Source of the DNA: Actinomycetota bacterium
Lineage (GTDB): Bacteria; Actinomycetota; Rubrobacteria; Rubrobacterales; Rubrobacteraceae
Direction of reading: 5' to 3'
NCBI GenBank assembly: GCA_020200675.1
Contig: JAIVIG010000278.1
Coordinates: 1 to 40,121, forward strand
DNA: 40,121 nucleotides
Below the pieces are notes generated by a model. It searched no databases and was not told where the DNA came from. It saw only the letters and a program-made list of their open reading frames with translations. A program made the translations under genes and the position numbers. Below are positions 1 through 10,439 of this stretch, piece after piece. Numbering within the stretch: position 1 is the first letter of the stretch; every line of letters begins with the position of its first letter.

Positions 1-28
1 GGCCTTCACGCGATAGTACCATTGGCAC
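1..28 (-). CDS. 5' end of a gene running off the window (MPMVLSREG...), possibly GreA-like
   Basis: GTG at 28-26 preceded by GAAGGAGG RBS (~38-45). Only 9 codons are visible, so the product is a guess. Confidence 0.3.
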
Positions 29-142
29 TTGGTGAAACCTCCTTCGGTGGATGGCTTGTGTGGTAGCTCCATCCTATCCGGGGAGGTTTCGCTCCTTCAA
101 TCGATCTGGTGGGTATGCGTGAGGCAACCTACAAGCGGCCCC

Positions 143-862
143 TTATCCGGCAGACAGGTCAGTCACCTCGCCGGTGAGCATGAGGCGTTCCTCGTGGATC
201 TCGACTCCCGATACCTCCCCCTCGAACGGCAGCTCGATGGGATACGCAAAGTCCATACCCTCGAGCAGCCTCCTCGTCAACCGTTCCGGGACATCTCCCC
301 CGAGCACCTCCAACCGGCGCGGCTCGAAAAGCAGCTCGTCGTCCCGGAGAGCCATCTCCCCCTCCACGCCGACGGGAACGCGCGCGCCCAATGCTTCGAC
401 CTCGGACCCGACGACGAGGTACCCCTCCTCGAGCCGGACGCCGCTCACCGGCGCCGCCAGGTTAGCGGAAGATTTGGCGAGTCTGGCGATCTCTTCTTCG
501 GATAACTCCGCTCGAAGCATCCCGGAGAGCGGACCCTCGCTCTCGATACGTCCGCTCGCTACGCTCGCGGGCACGTCGAGGTCCAAGGGATCCAGGTAGA
601 TCTTCACCTCGTCGGGTCGCACGCCGCCGAGCTCGGGGTTCGTGAGGGTTATCTCTCCCTCTTCGAACCTTCCCAACAGCACGCTCGGCGCCGGGTCGCT
701 CACCAGGTTCACCTCCGGCGCCTCGGCCAGCCCGAGCCCGTCCCGGAGGTTTCGCGCGACGAGGCCCTCCAGTAGGGAAGGAAGCAAGGTGTAGAGACCG
801 ATCACGACAACGGCGCACAGGAGTATCGTCGCGGCGAGGAGGACGAGCGGGGTTCTATACAG
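143..862 (-). CDS. DUF2993/LmeA-like membrane-anchored protein
   Basis: ORF 143..805 is open upstream to a CTG at 862-860, adding a hydrophobic N-terminus ([22 protein letters not shown]). Body resembles DUF2993 ([23 protein letters not shown]). Start uncertain. Confidence 0.55.
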   Translation of the reverse strand: MYRTPLVLLAATILLCAVVVIGLYTLLPSLLEGLVARNLRDGLGLAEAPEVNLVSDPAPSVLLGRFEEGEITLTNPELGGVRPDEVKIYLDPLDLDVPASVASGRIESEGPLSGMLRAELSEEEIARLAKSSANLAAPVSGVRLEEGYLVVGSEVEALGARVPVGVEGEMALRDDELLFEPRRLEVLGGDVPERLTRRLLEGMDFAYPIELPFEGEVSGVEIHEERLMLTGEVTDLSAG

Positions 863-1602
863 CGGCGCGGCTCTTGAGGTAGGCGTAGATAAAAGCGTCG
901 ATGTCGCCGTCGAGGACGCGTTCCACGTCGCTGGTCTCCGCGCCGGTACGCAGATCCTTGACCATCTTGTAGGGGTGGAGGACGTAGGAGCGGATCTGGG
1001 ACCCGAAGCCGACGTCCGCCTTCTCGCCGCTCTGGGCCGCTATCTCCTGCTCCCGCCTCTCCTGCTTGCGCTCGAAGAGGCGCGCCCTCAAGACACGCAT
1101 CGCCACCTCGCGGTTCTGGTGCTGGCTGCGCTCGTTCTGGCACTGCGCGACGATGCCCGTAGGCAGGTGCGTGATGCGGACCGCCGAGTCGGTCTTGTTG
1201 ACGTGCTGCCCTCCGGCCCCCGAAGCCCGGTACGTGTCGACCTTGAGGTCCTTCTCGTCTACATCCACCTCGACCGCTTCGTCTATGACCGGCGCGACCG
1301 CGACCGACGCGAAGCTCGTGTGCCTGCGACTGCTGGCATCGAACGGGCTGATCCGGACAAGCCGATGCACCCCCCGCTCGGCCGAGAGGAGCCCGAAGGC
1401 GTGCTCGCCCGCGATGCTGTAGGTGGCGCTCTTGATCCCGGCCTCCTCCCCCAACGTGTACTCGATGACCTCGAGCGAATAACCCCGCTCATCTCTTCGC
1501 TCAAAGTCGCGCTCGTGCGCCTCAGACCCTCCACGTCGAAGAAGTCCTCCAACTCCGCGAGGCGCTCCTCGAGCTCCGATGCTCTTTCGTTAAGTTCGGT
1601 CA

Positions 1603-1603
<1 letters not shown>
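855..1603 (-). pseudogene. prfB: Peptide chain release factor 2, disrupted by an out-of-frame internal deletion at ~1487-1490
   Basis: N-terminus (V/M)[31 protein letters not shown] from GTG 1603, overlapping the secA stop. C-terminal part in another frame: [32 protein letters not shown] (SPF), [16 protein letters not shown] (GGQ). Only 749 nt versus ~1.1 kb typical. Confidence 0.9.
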
Positions 1604-4374
<2,771 letters not shown>

Positions 4375-4435
4375 GACTTTATACCTCGCTCAGGCGCCCG
4401 ACCGGGTATACCGGCCTCCCTCGCCCGTCCGTTTG

Positions 4436-5005
4436 CTACCTCGCGGGCTCTATCAGCCCGTAATTTCCGTCTCGACGCCGGTATACCACATTTATCTCGC
4501 CCGTATCCGCGTTGGTAAAGACGAAGAAGGCGTGGTCGAGGAGTTCCATCTGCAGCGCCGCCTCCTCGGGGCTCATCGGCTTCATCTGGAACTGCTTGGT
4601 CCGCACGATGCGCGCCTCTATCTCGTCCGCCTCTTCTTCTACCACGACGGGCTGCGGCGCCTCCACGGAGGCGTGCCGTTCTCTCTGACCGTGCCAGCGG
4701 TCGAGCTGGCGCCCCCGGTAGCGCCGGACCTGACGCTCGAGCTTGTCCACCATTAGGTCGATAGAAGCGTACATGTCCGCCGAAGCCACCCTGGCCTTGA
4801 GAACCGTACCGTTGATAAAGAAGGTCGCGTCGGCCACCTCGGGTTCGGGGTTCGAGGAGTTGCGCTCGTGGATCAACTCGACCTCCGCCCGCGAGACGCT
4901 GCGCCCGTCGTCGAAGAACCTGGCGATCCGCTCGACCTTTTCGGTCGCGTACCGCTCCAGCGCCTCCGTAACCGAGATGTTCCGCCCCTTGACCGTTACG
5001 TGCAT
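4436..5005 (-). CDS. hpf: Long-form ribosome hibernation promoting factor (HPF/RaiA)
   Basis: MHVTVKGRNISVTEAL, DMYASIDLMVDKLERQVRRY, C-terminal MSPEEAALQMELLDHAFFVF..INVVYRRRDGNYGLI. GAAGGAGG RBS, directly upstream of secA. Confidence 0.95.
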   Translation of the reverse strand: MHVTVKGRNISVTEALERYATEKVERIARFFDDGRSVSRAEVELIHERNSSNPEPEVADATFFINGTVLKARVASADMYASIDLMVDKLERQVRRYRGRQLDRWHGQRERHASVEAPQPVVVEEEADEIEARIVRTKQFQMKPMSPEEAALQMELLDHAFFVFTNADTGEINVVYRRRDGNYGLIEPAR

Positions 5006-5021
5006 TTGGCCTCCTTCGTCG

Positions 5022-5056
5022 GCCGCTGTCTGCTTTCAGCAGTCAGCTGTCAGCTT
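5022..5056. repeat. Heptamer tandem array A (TCAGCnn orientation)
   Basis: gccgctg tctgctt tcagcag tcagctg tcagctt. Confidence 0.85.
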
Positions 5057-5126
5057 TTTGGTCCCGGCTCGCCGCCGCTGTGCACTCGCGCACCTTTCGT
5101 CGTTCTCTGACCGTTTCTTGTTTTGG

Positions 5127-5132
5127 ATCATA
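5127..5132 (-). promoter_or_regulatory. Putative -10 box (TATGAT) for hpf-secA, between arrays A and B
   Basis: atcata on + equals TATGAT on -, ~120 nt upstream of the hpf start. No clear -35. Confidence 0.4.
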
Positions 5133-5152
5133 CTCTCGCTACCCACGGCCTT

Positions 5153-5180
5153 CCTGATAGCTGACTGCTGACCGCTAAAC
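5153..5180. repeat. Heptamer tandem array B (GCTGAnn orientation, inverted partner of A)
   Basis: cctgata gctgact gctgacc gctaaac. Last unit contains the comF stop. Confidence 0.85.
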
Positions 5181-5867
5181 TGTTCTGCACAGGGTGAGGG
5201 TGTGGATCTCGCCGGCGCCCGCTTTTCTGAGGACCCCGGCGCACTCGCTCAGGGTGGCGCCCGTCGTGAAGACGTCATCGACGAGGAGGATCCTGCCGGC
5301 CACGGGGCCCCGCGACGCGAAGGCGCCCGCGACGTTCGTCCGGCGCGCGCCGGCGGAGAGCTCGACCTGGTCCCTGGTCCTGCGCACGACCTTCAGTTTA
5401 TCCAAAACGGGCGCGTTTATCCTCCCCGCGACCCCCCGGGCCATGAGCTCCGCCTGGTTGAAACCCCGCTTCGCGAGCCGCGAACGGTGCAGCGGCACCG
5501 GCACGACCGCGTCGAACCTGTTGCCGCCGGGGTAGCCCGAGAGAACGCCGGCCATGAGCGGCGCCATCACCTTCTCCACAACGGGGAGATATCCCCCGTA
5601 CTTGAGGGCGTGCACGAGCTCTTCCCCCACCCCCTCGTACCGCAGGGGAGCCCGCGCATCCTCGAACCCGAAGTCCCGGGTCGAACACTCGCCGCACCCA
5701 TAGACTTCGAACGCAGTGGGCGCCCCACACCTGCCGCAGAAGGGGTGCCCTACTAAGGGCAGAGCCTCGAAGCACCCCCGGCACAGAACGTCGCTCGCCC
5801 GCCGGTCGCACCCCACGCACCGCTGCGGATAGAAGAGGTTGGAGAGAACGTCGAGGTAAATGGCCAT
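5175..5867 (-). CDS. comF: ComF family protein (Zn ribbon + phosphoribosyltransferase domain)
   Basis: CxxC pairs (CVGC, CRGC, CGRC, CGEC), VPVPLHRSRLAKRGFNQAE, LLVDDVFTTGATL. Typical comF-hpf-secA order. Confidence 0.92.
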   Translation of the reverse strand: MAIYLDVLSNLFYPQRCVGCDRRASDVLCRGCFEALPLVGHPFCGRCGAPTAFEVYGCGECSTRDFGFEDARAPLRYEGVGEELVHALKYGGYLPVVEKVMAPLMAGVLSGYPGGNRFDAVVPVPLHRSRLAKRGFNQAELMARGVAGRINAPVLDKLKVVRRTRDQVELSAGARRTNVAGAFASRGPVAGRILLVDDVFTTGATLSECAGVLRKAGAGEIHTLTLCRTV

Positions 5868-5901
5868 CAGCGTTCAGCCATCAGCCGTCAGCTCTCTGCT
5901 G
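5867..5901. repeat. Heptamer tandem array C (TCAGCnn orientation)
   Basis: tcagcgt tcagcca tcagccg tcagctc tctgctg. Overlaps the comF ATG and contains the four-helix gene stop. Confidence 0.9.
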
Positions 5902-6261
5902 GGTATCCGTTGCTCGGAGCTTCTGAATGAAGGAGGTTAGCATACGCTTTATCTCGATGACTTCTCGGGCAAGCGTCTCGTATTCGGGAGTCTTCAGAAG
6001 TTTGAGGTCGTGGGCGAGCAAGAGATGATACTCGGGCTCGCTGGCCGAGCCCGAGGCGATCTGCAGAAAGCGCGCGAGTTCCGCATCCCCATGCCTACCG
6101 CAGCCTTCGGCTATGTTCGCGGGGACAGAAGCAGCAGAGCGCCGCCCCTGGCCTGTCAGTCCGTACAACTCCTGTTTTGGAAACGCAACGGTAGCCTCGT
6201 ACACCGCCAGGGTTAACGAGTGGCTCTTTCGCCAAACCTTTAGCTCTCGAAAGCTTCGCAC
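5881..6261 (-). CDS. Four-helix-bundle protein (23S rRNA intervening-sequence protein / Avd-like family)
   Basis: FRELKVWRKSH, FPKQELYGLTGQGRRSAASVPANIAEGCGR, FLQIASGSASE..YHLLLAHDL, 126 aa. Visibly less GC-rich than its neighbours. Confidence 0.92.
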   Translation of the reverse strand: MRSFRELKVWRKSHSLTLAVYEATVAFPKQELYGLTGQGRRSAASVPANIAEGCGRHGDAELARFLQIASGSASEPEYHLLLAHDLKLLKTPEYETLAREVIEIKRMLTSFIQKLRATDTQQRADG

Positions 6262-6280
6262 CGATGTCCACCCGCTCTTA

Positions 6281-6315
6281 GCTTACAGCTGATTGCTGAC
6301 GGCTGACAGCTACTA
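6281..6315. repeat. Heptamer tandem array D (GCTGAnn orientation, inverted partner of C)
   Basis: gcttaca gctgatt gctgacg gctgaca gctacta. Last unit contains the stop of the upstream gene. Confidence 0.9.
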
Positions 6316-7413
6316 AAAACTCATGCTCCCAGGCGGCAGGACGACGCCCGGGTTTATGCTAATGCCCTGGTCGAGGACGTTGCCCTCGCCGACCACGCAG
6401 CGAGCGCCGAGCACCGAGAGGCCGCGGACGATGGCCTCCTGGCCGACGCGGGCGCCCGGGCCGATGATAGAACCGCGCACCACCGCGTCCGCTTCGATCT
6501 CGGCTCCGTCGAATAGGACGCTCCCCTCGACCAGCGCTCCTTCCCCGATCCTGCAACCCCGCCCTAGGGAGGAGCGGCCTCCCACGGTGGCCCGATGCTC
6601 CAATACGCAGTCGGCGGCTATCGAGACCGGCGGCAAAACTTTCACGCCTTTGCCCAACACGGTGGAGGGATCGACGTGGAGGTAGTCGAAGTCTTCGCGG
6701 GCCCCGACGGCACCGGAGAGGACATCTTGGGAGGCGGCGAGGTAGCTCCTCGGCGTGCCTATGTCCCTCCAATAAGAGCTCGAGACGTAGGCCCGCAGGC
6801 GGCGCTCGGCCTGGAGGTGAGGGAAGATCTCACGCTCGATGGAGACCTCCCGGCCCGCGGGGATCATGGCCAAGACCTCGGGCTCGAGCACGTAGATGCC
6901 GGCGTTGACCAGGTTCGTCGTCACCTCGTCGGCGGCGGGCTTCTCGAGGAAGCGGTGCACCAGCATCTCGTGGTCCACCTCAACCAGACCGTAGGCCGTC
7001 GGGTCCTCGACGCTCGTCAGCACGATCGTAGCCAGGGCATCCGACTCTTTGTGCTTCTCTATCGCCACCCGCAGGTCCATCCCCGAGAGGACGTCCCCGT
7101 TCACGACGACGAAAGGACCACCGTCGAGATACCCCTCGGCGTTCTTGATCCCACCCGCCGTACCCAACGCGGTGTGCTCGACCGCATAGTCTATCGAGAA
7201 GCCGGCCAGATCCTTCTGGTCGAAATACTCCTGTATGGGATCCGGCAGGTACCCCAGAGAGAGCACCGCCCCCTTGAGCCCCGCGGCCCTCAAGAAGTCC
7301 ACCATGTAACCCATGAACGGCTGGTTCCTCAAGGGCACCATTGCCTTGGGAACGTCGTACGTGATAGGCCGCAGCCGGCTTCCCTGTCCCCCCACCAAAA
7401 CGACCGCCCTCAT
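6313..7413 (-). CDS. NDP-sugar pyrophosphorylase (mannose-1-phosphate guanylyltransferase-like)
   Basis: AVVLVGGQGSRLRPIT..PKAMVP, LGTAGGIK, VVNGDV, FLEKP, YWRDIGTP, C-terminal hexapeptide repeats. Confidence 0.88.
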   Translation of the reverse strand: MRAVVLVGGQGSRLRPITYDVPKAMVPLRNQPFMGYMVDFLRAAGLKGAVLSLGYLPDPIQEYFDQKDLAGFSIDYAVEHTALGTAGGIKNAEGYLDGGPFVVVNGDVLSGMDLRVAIEKHKESDALATIVLTSVEDPTAYGLVEVDHEMLVHRFLEKPAADEVTTNLVNAGIYVLEPEVLAMIPAGREVSIEREIFPHLQAERRLRAYVSSSYWRDIGTPRSYLAASQDVLSGAVGAREDFDYLHVDPSTVLGKGVKVLPPVSIAADCVLEHRATVGGRSSLGRGCRIGEGALVEGSVLFDGAEIEADAVVRGSIIGPGARVGQEAIVRGLSVLGARCVVGEGNVLDQGISINPGVVLPPGSMSF

Positions 7414-7536
7414 AGCAGCGGGAAGATTACACTATGTTTCGGCCCCAGGCTAGAGTTTTGGGGGCAGTACAAAATTCTTAATATTTCTCTTAATAGACGC
7501 TTTCACGAATAAAGAACGTACGCTAGGCTGGGCCTC

Positions 7537-8976
7537 TTACAGCAACCCCGAAGCGCCCGCCAGCGCCGCGAGCGGGCCGACGAAAAAGGCGAAGAGGGCC
7601 GTGAGGAGGGCCAGGGTGTAGACGGAGAACTTGAGGGCTCCCTCGCCCTTCGGCTCCTCGACACCCATCACCGGCTCTTCGAAGGCCATGTTGCGCAGGA
7701 TGCCGAAGTAGTACGGCACCGAGAGGACGCTGTTCACGACGAGCACGCCGACAGTCACGTAGACCAGGACCGACCCGGACTCCACGCCGGCCAGTATCAC
7801 CCACAGCTTGCCCCAGAACCCGCTTAGCGGCGGGATGCCGACCAGCGAGGCCATGAAGATAGCCATAGACAGTGCGACGCCGGGTCTCGTCCTGAATAGG
7901 CCGTTGTAGCTCTTCGAATCCTCGCCGACGAGGTCTATCACGAAGAAGGCGCCGAGGTTCATCACCGCGTAGGCAGCCGAGTAGATCAGGACGGCCTGCA
8001 CCGCCCTCTCCATCCCCGCCCCCTGCAGGGCCGCGAACGCCGCGAGGATGTACCCCGAGTGCGCCACCGAGCTGTACGCCAGCATCCTGCGCACGTTGCG
8101 CTGCCTCAAGGCGAAGAGGTTGCCGACAAACATCGTCACGATGGCGAGGACCGCCATCACGGCCGTCCACGAAGGCGCGGCCTCGGGCATCCCTTCGAGG
8201 AAGATGCGCAAGAGAACGGCAAAAATCGCCGCCTTCGGGGCCACGGAGAGGAACGCCGCCGCGCTCGTGGGGGCGCCCTGGTAGGCGTCGGGGGTCCAGA
8301 AGTGGAACGGCGCCGCCGAAACCTTGAACGCGAAGCCCGAGACGAGCAGGACGAGGCCGAGCAAGGCTACCGGCGAGGAGCCGAGGTCTCCGGTAAAGGC
8401 AGCCGATATCTGGGCGAGGTCCGCCGAGCCGGCGGCCCCGTAGATCAGGACGATCCCGTAGAGCAGGATCGAAGCGGCGATCATGCCGGTCAGCAGGTAC
8501 TTCATTCCCCCCTCCGCGCTCTCGCGCCGCGCCCGGTCGAACGCTACGAGCGCGTACGAAGGGATCGTCGCTAGCTCTATCGCGACGAAGACGCCGAAGA
8601 GGTCGCGCATCGAGACGAGGAGCATCGCGCCCACGCCGACCGAGAGTATAAGGGTCAGGTACTCCGGCGCGTCGCCGGTTCTCCCCGCCCAGCGGGCCGC
8701 GGCCAAAACCGTAAAGAACGCGGACAGAGCCACGATCAGCTTGAAGTACAACGCGAAGTCGTCGACGACGTACCCGTCGCCGAAGAAGCTCCCCTCGAAC
8801 CTCACGGCGAGGAGCACGACCGTGACCCCGAAGGTCGCCAGAGCGCCAAAAGCGGCCAGACCCGTCGTCAGCCCAACGGTGCGGGGACTGAAGACCCCGA
8901 CCATGAGTACCAGCATCGAGAACAGGAACGCCACGAGCTCGGGCAGGAGCCCGACGAAGGTCTGCGCCGTAACCAC
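7537..8976 (-). CDS. nuoN: Complex I subunit N
   Basis: FKVSAAPFHFWTPDAYQGAP, RMLAYSSVAHSGY, SLVGIPPLSGFWGK. Confidence 0.95.
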   Translation of the reverse strand: MVTAQTFVGLLPELVAFLFSMLVLMVGVFSPRTVGLTTGLAAFGALATFGVTVVLLAVRFEGSFFGDGYVVDDFALYFKLIVALSAFFTVLAAARWAGRTGDAPEYLTLILSVGVGAMLLVSMRDLFGVFVAIELATIPSYALVAFDRARRESAEGGMKYLLTGMIAASILLYGIVLIYGAAGSADLAQISAAFTGDLGSSPVALLGLVLLVSGFAFKVSAAPFHFWTPDAYQGAPTSAAAFLSVAPKAAIFAVLLRIFLEGMPEAAPSWTAVMAVLAIVTMFVGNLFALRQRNVRRMLAYSSVAHSGYILAAFAALQGAGMERAVQAVLIYSAAYAVMNLGAFFVIDLVGEDSKSYNGLFRTRPGVALSMAIFMASLVGIPPLSGFWGKLWVILAGVESGSVLVYVTVGVLVVNSVLSVPYYFGILRNMAFEEPVMGVEEPKGEGALKFSVYTLALLTALFAFFVGPLAALAGASGLL

Positions 8977-8978
8977 TG

Positions 8979-10439
8979 CTAGCTACCTCCTATCGCGGCC
9001 AGAACGAGGTCTACGGCCGGACGCTGAACGTTTGTGAGCAGGCTCGGAAAGATGCCCAGGACCACGAGCAGGGCGGCGAGCGGCACTACAGCCGCCATCT
9101 CCACCGGCCCCGCGTCCCTGGCCTCCGCCAGGGCCGGTCGCTCTATCGGACCGAAGATTACGCGCCGCAGCATGTTCAGGAGGTACATCGCCCCGAGCAC
9201 GATGCCCGAGGCCGCCAGCACCCCCAGCACCGGGAACGCCGTGTAGCCGCCCATGATGGTCATGAATTCCGACACGAAGACCGCGAGCCCCGGCACACCC
9301 ATCGCCGCGAGAGCCCCCAGGGCCAGAAGCCCGCCCGCCCACGGCATACGGTCGGCCAGCCCGCCGAGCTCGCCGATGCGGCGCGTCCCGGCGCGGCTCG
9401 CGATGATCCCGACGAGGATAAAGAGGAGCGCCGAGTAGAGGCCGTGGGTGACCTGCTGCATCACCGCCCCGTTGATCCCGACCGCGTTCCCGGAGGCTAT
9501 CCCGAGCAGGATGAAGCCCAGGGTTCCGATCGAGGAGTAGGCGACGAGCGCTTTGAGGTCCGGCTGCATGAACGCGACGAACGAGCCGTAGATGATGTTT
9601 ATCACCCCGAAGGCAGCCACGTAGGGCAAGAACGGCTCGGCGCCCTGGGGCAGGAGCGGGATGGCTATCTTGATCAGGCCGTACGTCCCGAGTTTCGGCA
9701 GGATGCCCGAGAGCACCACGTTCGTCGAGATCGGGCTGGAGATGTACACGTCTAGAAGCCAGCTGTGGAACGGCACCGCCGGCACCTTTATGAGGAGCCC
9801 GAAGAGTATCGGCGCGGCGATGGCTATCTGCGCCGCCCGCGAGAGCCCGCTGCCCCCGTTCAGCTCCTCGATCGAGAAGGTCGGTCCCGAGAGTATCCCA
9901 AGGGCCAGGAAGCCCGCGAGCATCACCGTGCTCCCGAAGAAGGTGTAGATAAAGAACTTTATCGCCGCCGGGCGCCGATTCTCGTCGCCCCAGATGCCCA
10001 CGAGCAGGTACATCGGTATAAGCGTGATCTCGAAGAAGACGTAGAACAAGATGAGATCCTGCGCCGCGAACACCCCGAGCATTCCGAGTTCCGCGACGAA
10101 GAGTATCGCGTAGTACTGCCTCAAGTTCTCCCGCACGTCCCACGAAGCGACCACGGCGATGAGCGTAAGAAGAGCCGAGAGGAAGAACATCCCGAACCCG
10201 AGCCCGTCGAGCCCGACCCGGTATCCGATGCCCAGGGAAGAGACCCAGTCGAAGCTCTGCGTCAGCAGCGCGTTGCCCAGATCGTCGCCGTGCGCGAAAT
10301 AGACGTAGAGGACGAGCAGGAGCGGCGCCGCCGCGACCCCGAGAGCGGTGTAGCGGGTAGTTCTCTCGTCGGCGTTCCTCATGAGGAGCATGAGGAGGAC
10401 GCCTACCAGCGGCAAGAAGATGGTTATGGTGGTGATCAC
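8979..10439 (-). CDS. nuoM: Complex I subunit M
   Basis: LFYVFFEITLIPMY, KVPAVPFHSWL, DLKALVAYSS. Operon position. Confidence 0.95.
   Translation of the reverse strand: MITTITIFLPLVGVLLMLLMRNADERTTRYTALGVAAAPLLLVLYVYFAHGDDLGNALLTQSFDWVSSLGIGYRVGLDGLGFGMFFLSALLTLIAVVASWDVRENLRQYYAILFVAELGMLGVFAAQDLILFYVFFEITLIPMYLLVGIWGDENRRPAAIKFFIYTFFGSTVMLAGFLALGILSGPTFSIEELNGGSGLSRAAQIAIAAPILFGLLIKVPAVPFHSWLLDVYISSPISTNVVLSGILPKLGTYGLIKIAIPLLPQGAEPFLPYVAAFGVINIIYGSFVAFMQPDLKALVAYSSIGTLGFILLGIASGNAVGINGAVMQQVTHGLYSALLFILVGIIASRAGTRRIGELGGLADRMPWAGGLLALGALAAMGVPGLAVFVSEFMTIMGGYTAFPVLGVLAASGIVLGAMYLLNMLRRVIFGPIERPALAEARDAGPVEMAAVVPLAALLVVLGIFPSLLTNVQRPAVDLVLAAIGGS

Noticed and set aside
1520-1560. Programmed prfB +1 frameshift
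   Set aside because: No CTT-TGA slippery site, and the frame is open through FFDV.
5022-6315. CRISPR array or diversity-generating retroelement
   Set aside because: Repeats are 7-bp tandem units without unique spacers. No cas gene, reverse transcriptase or TR/VR pair is visible in the window.
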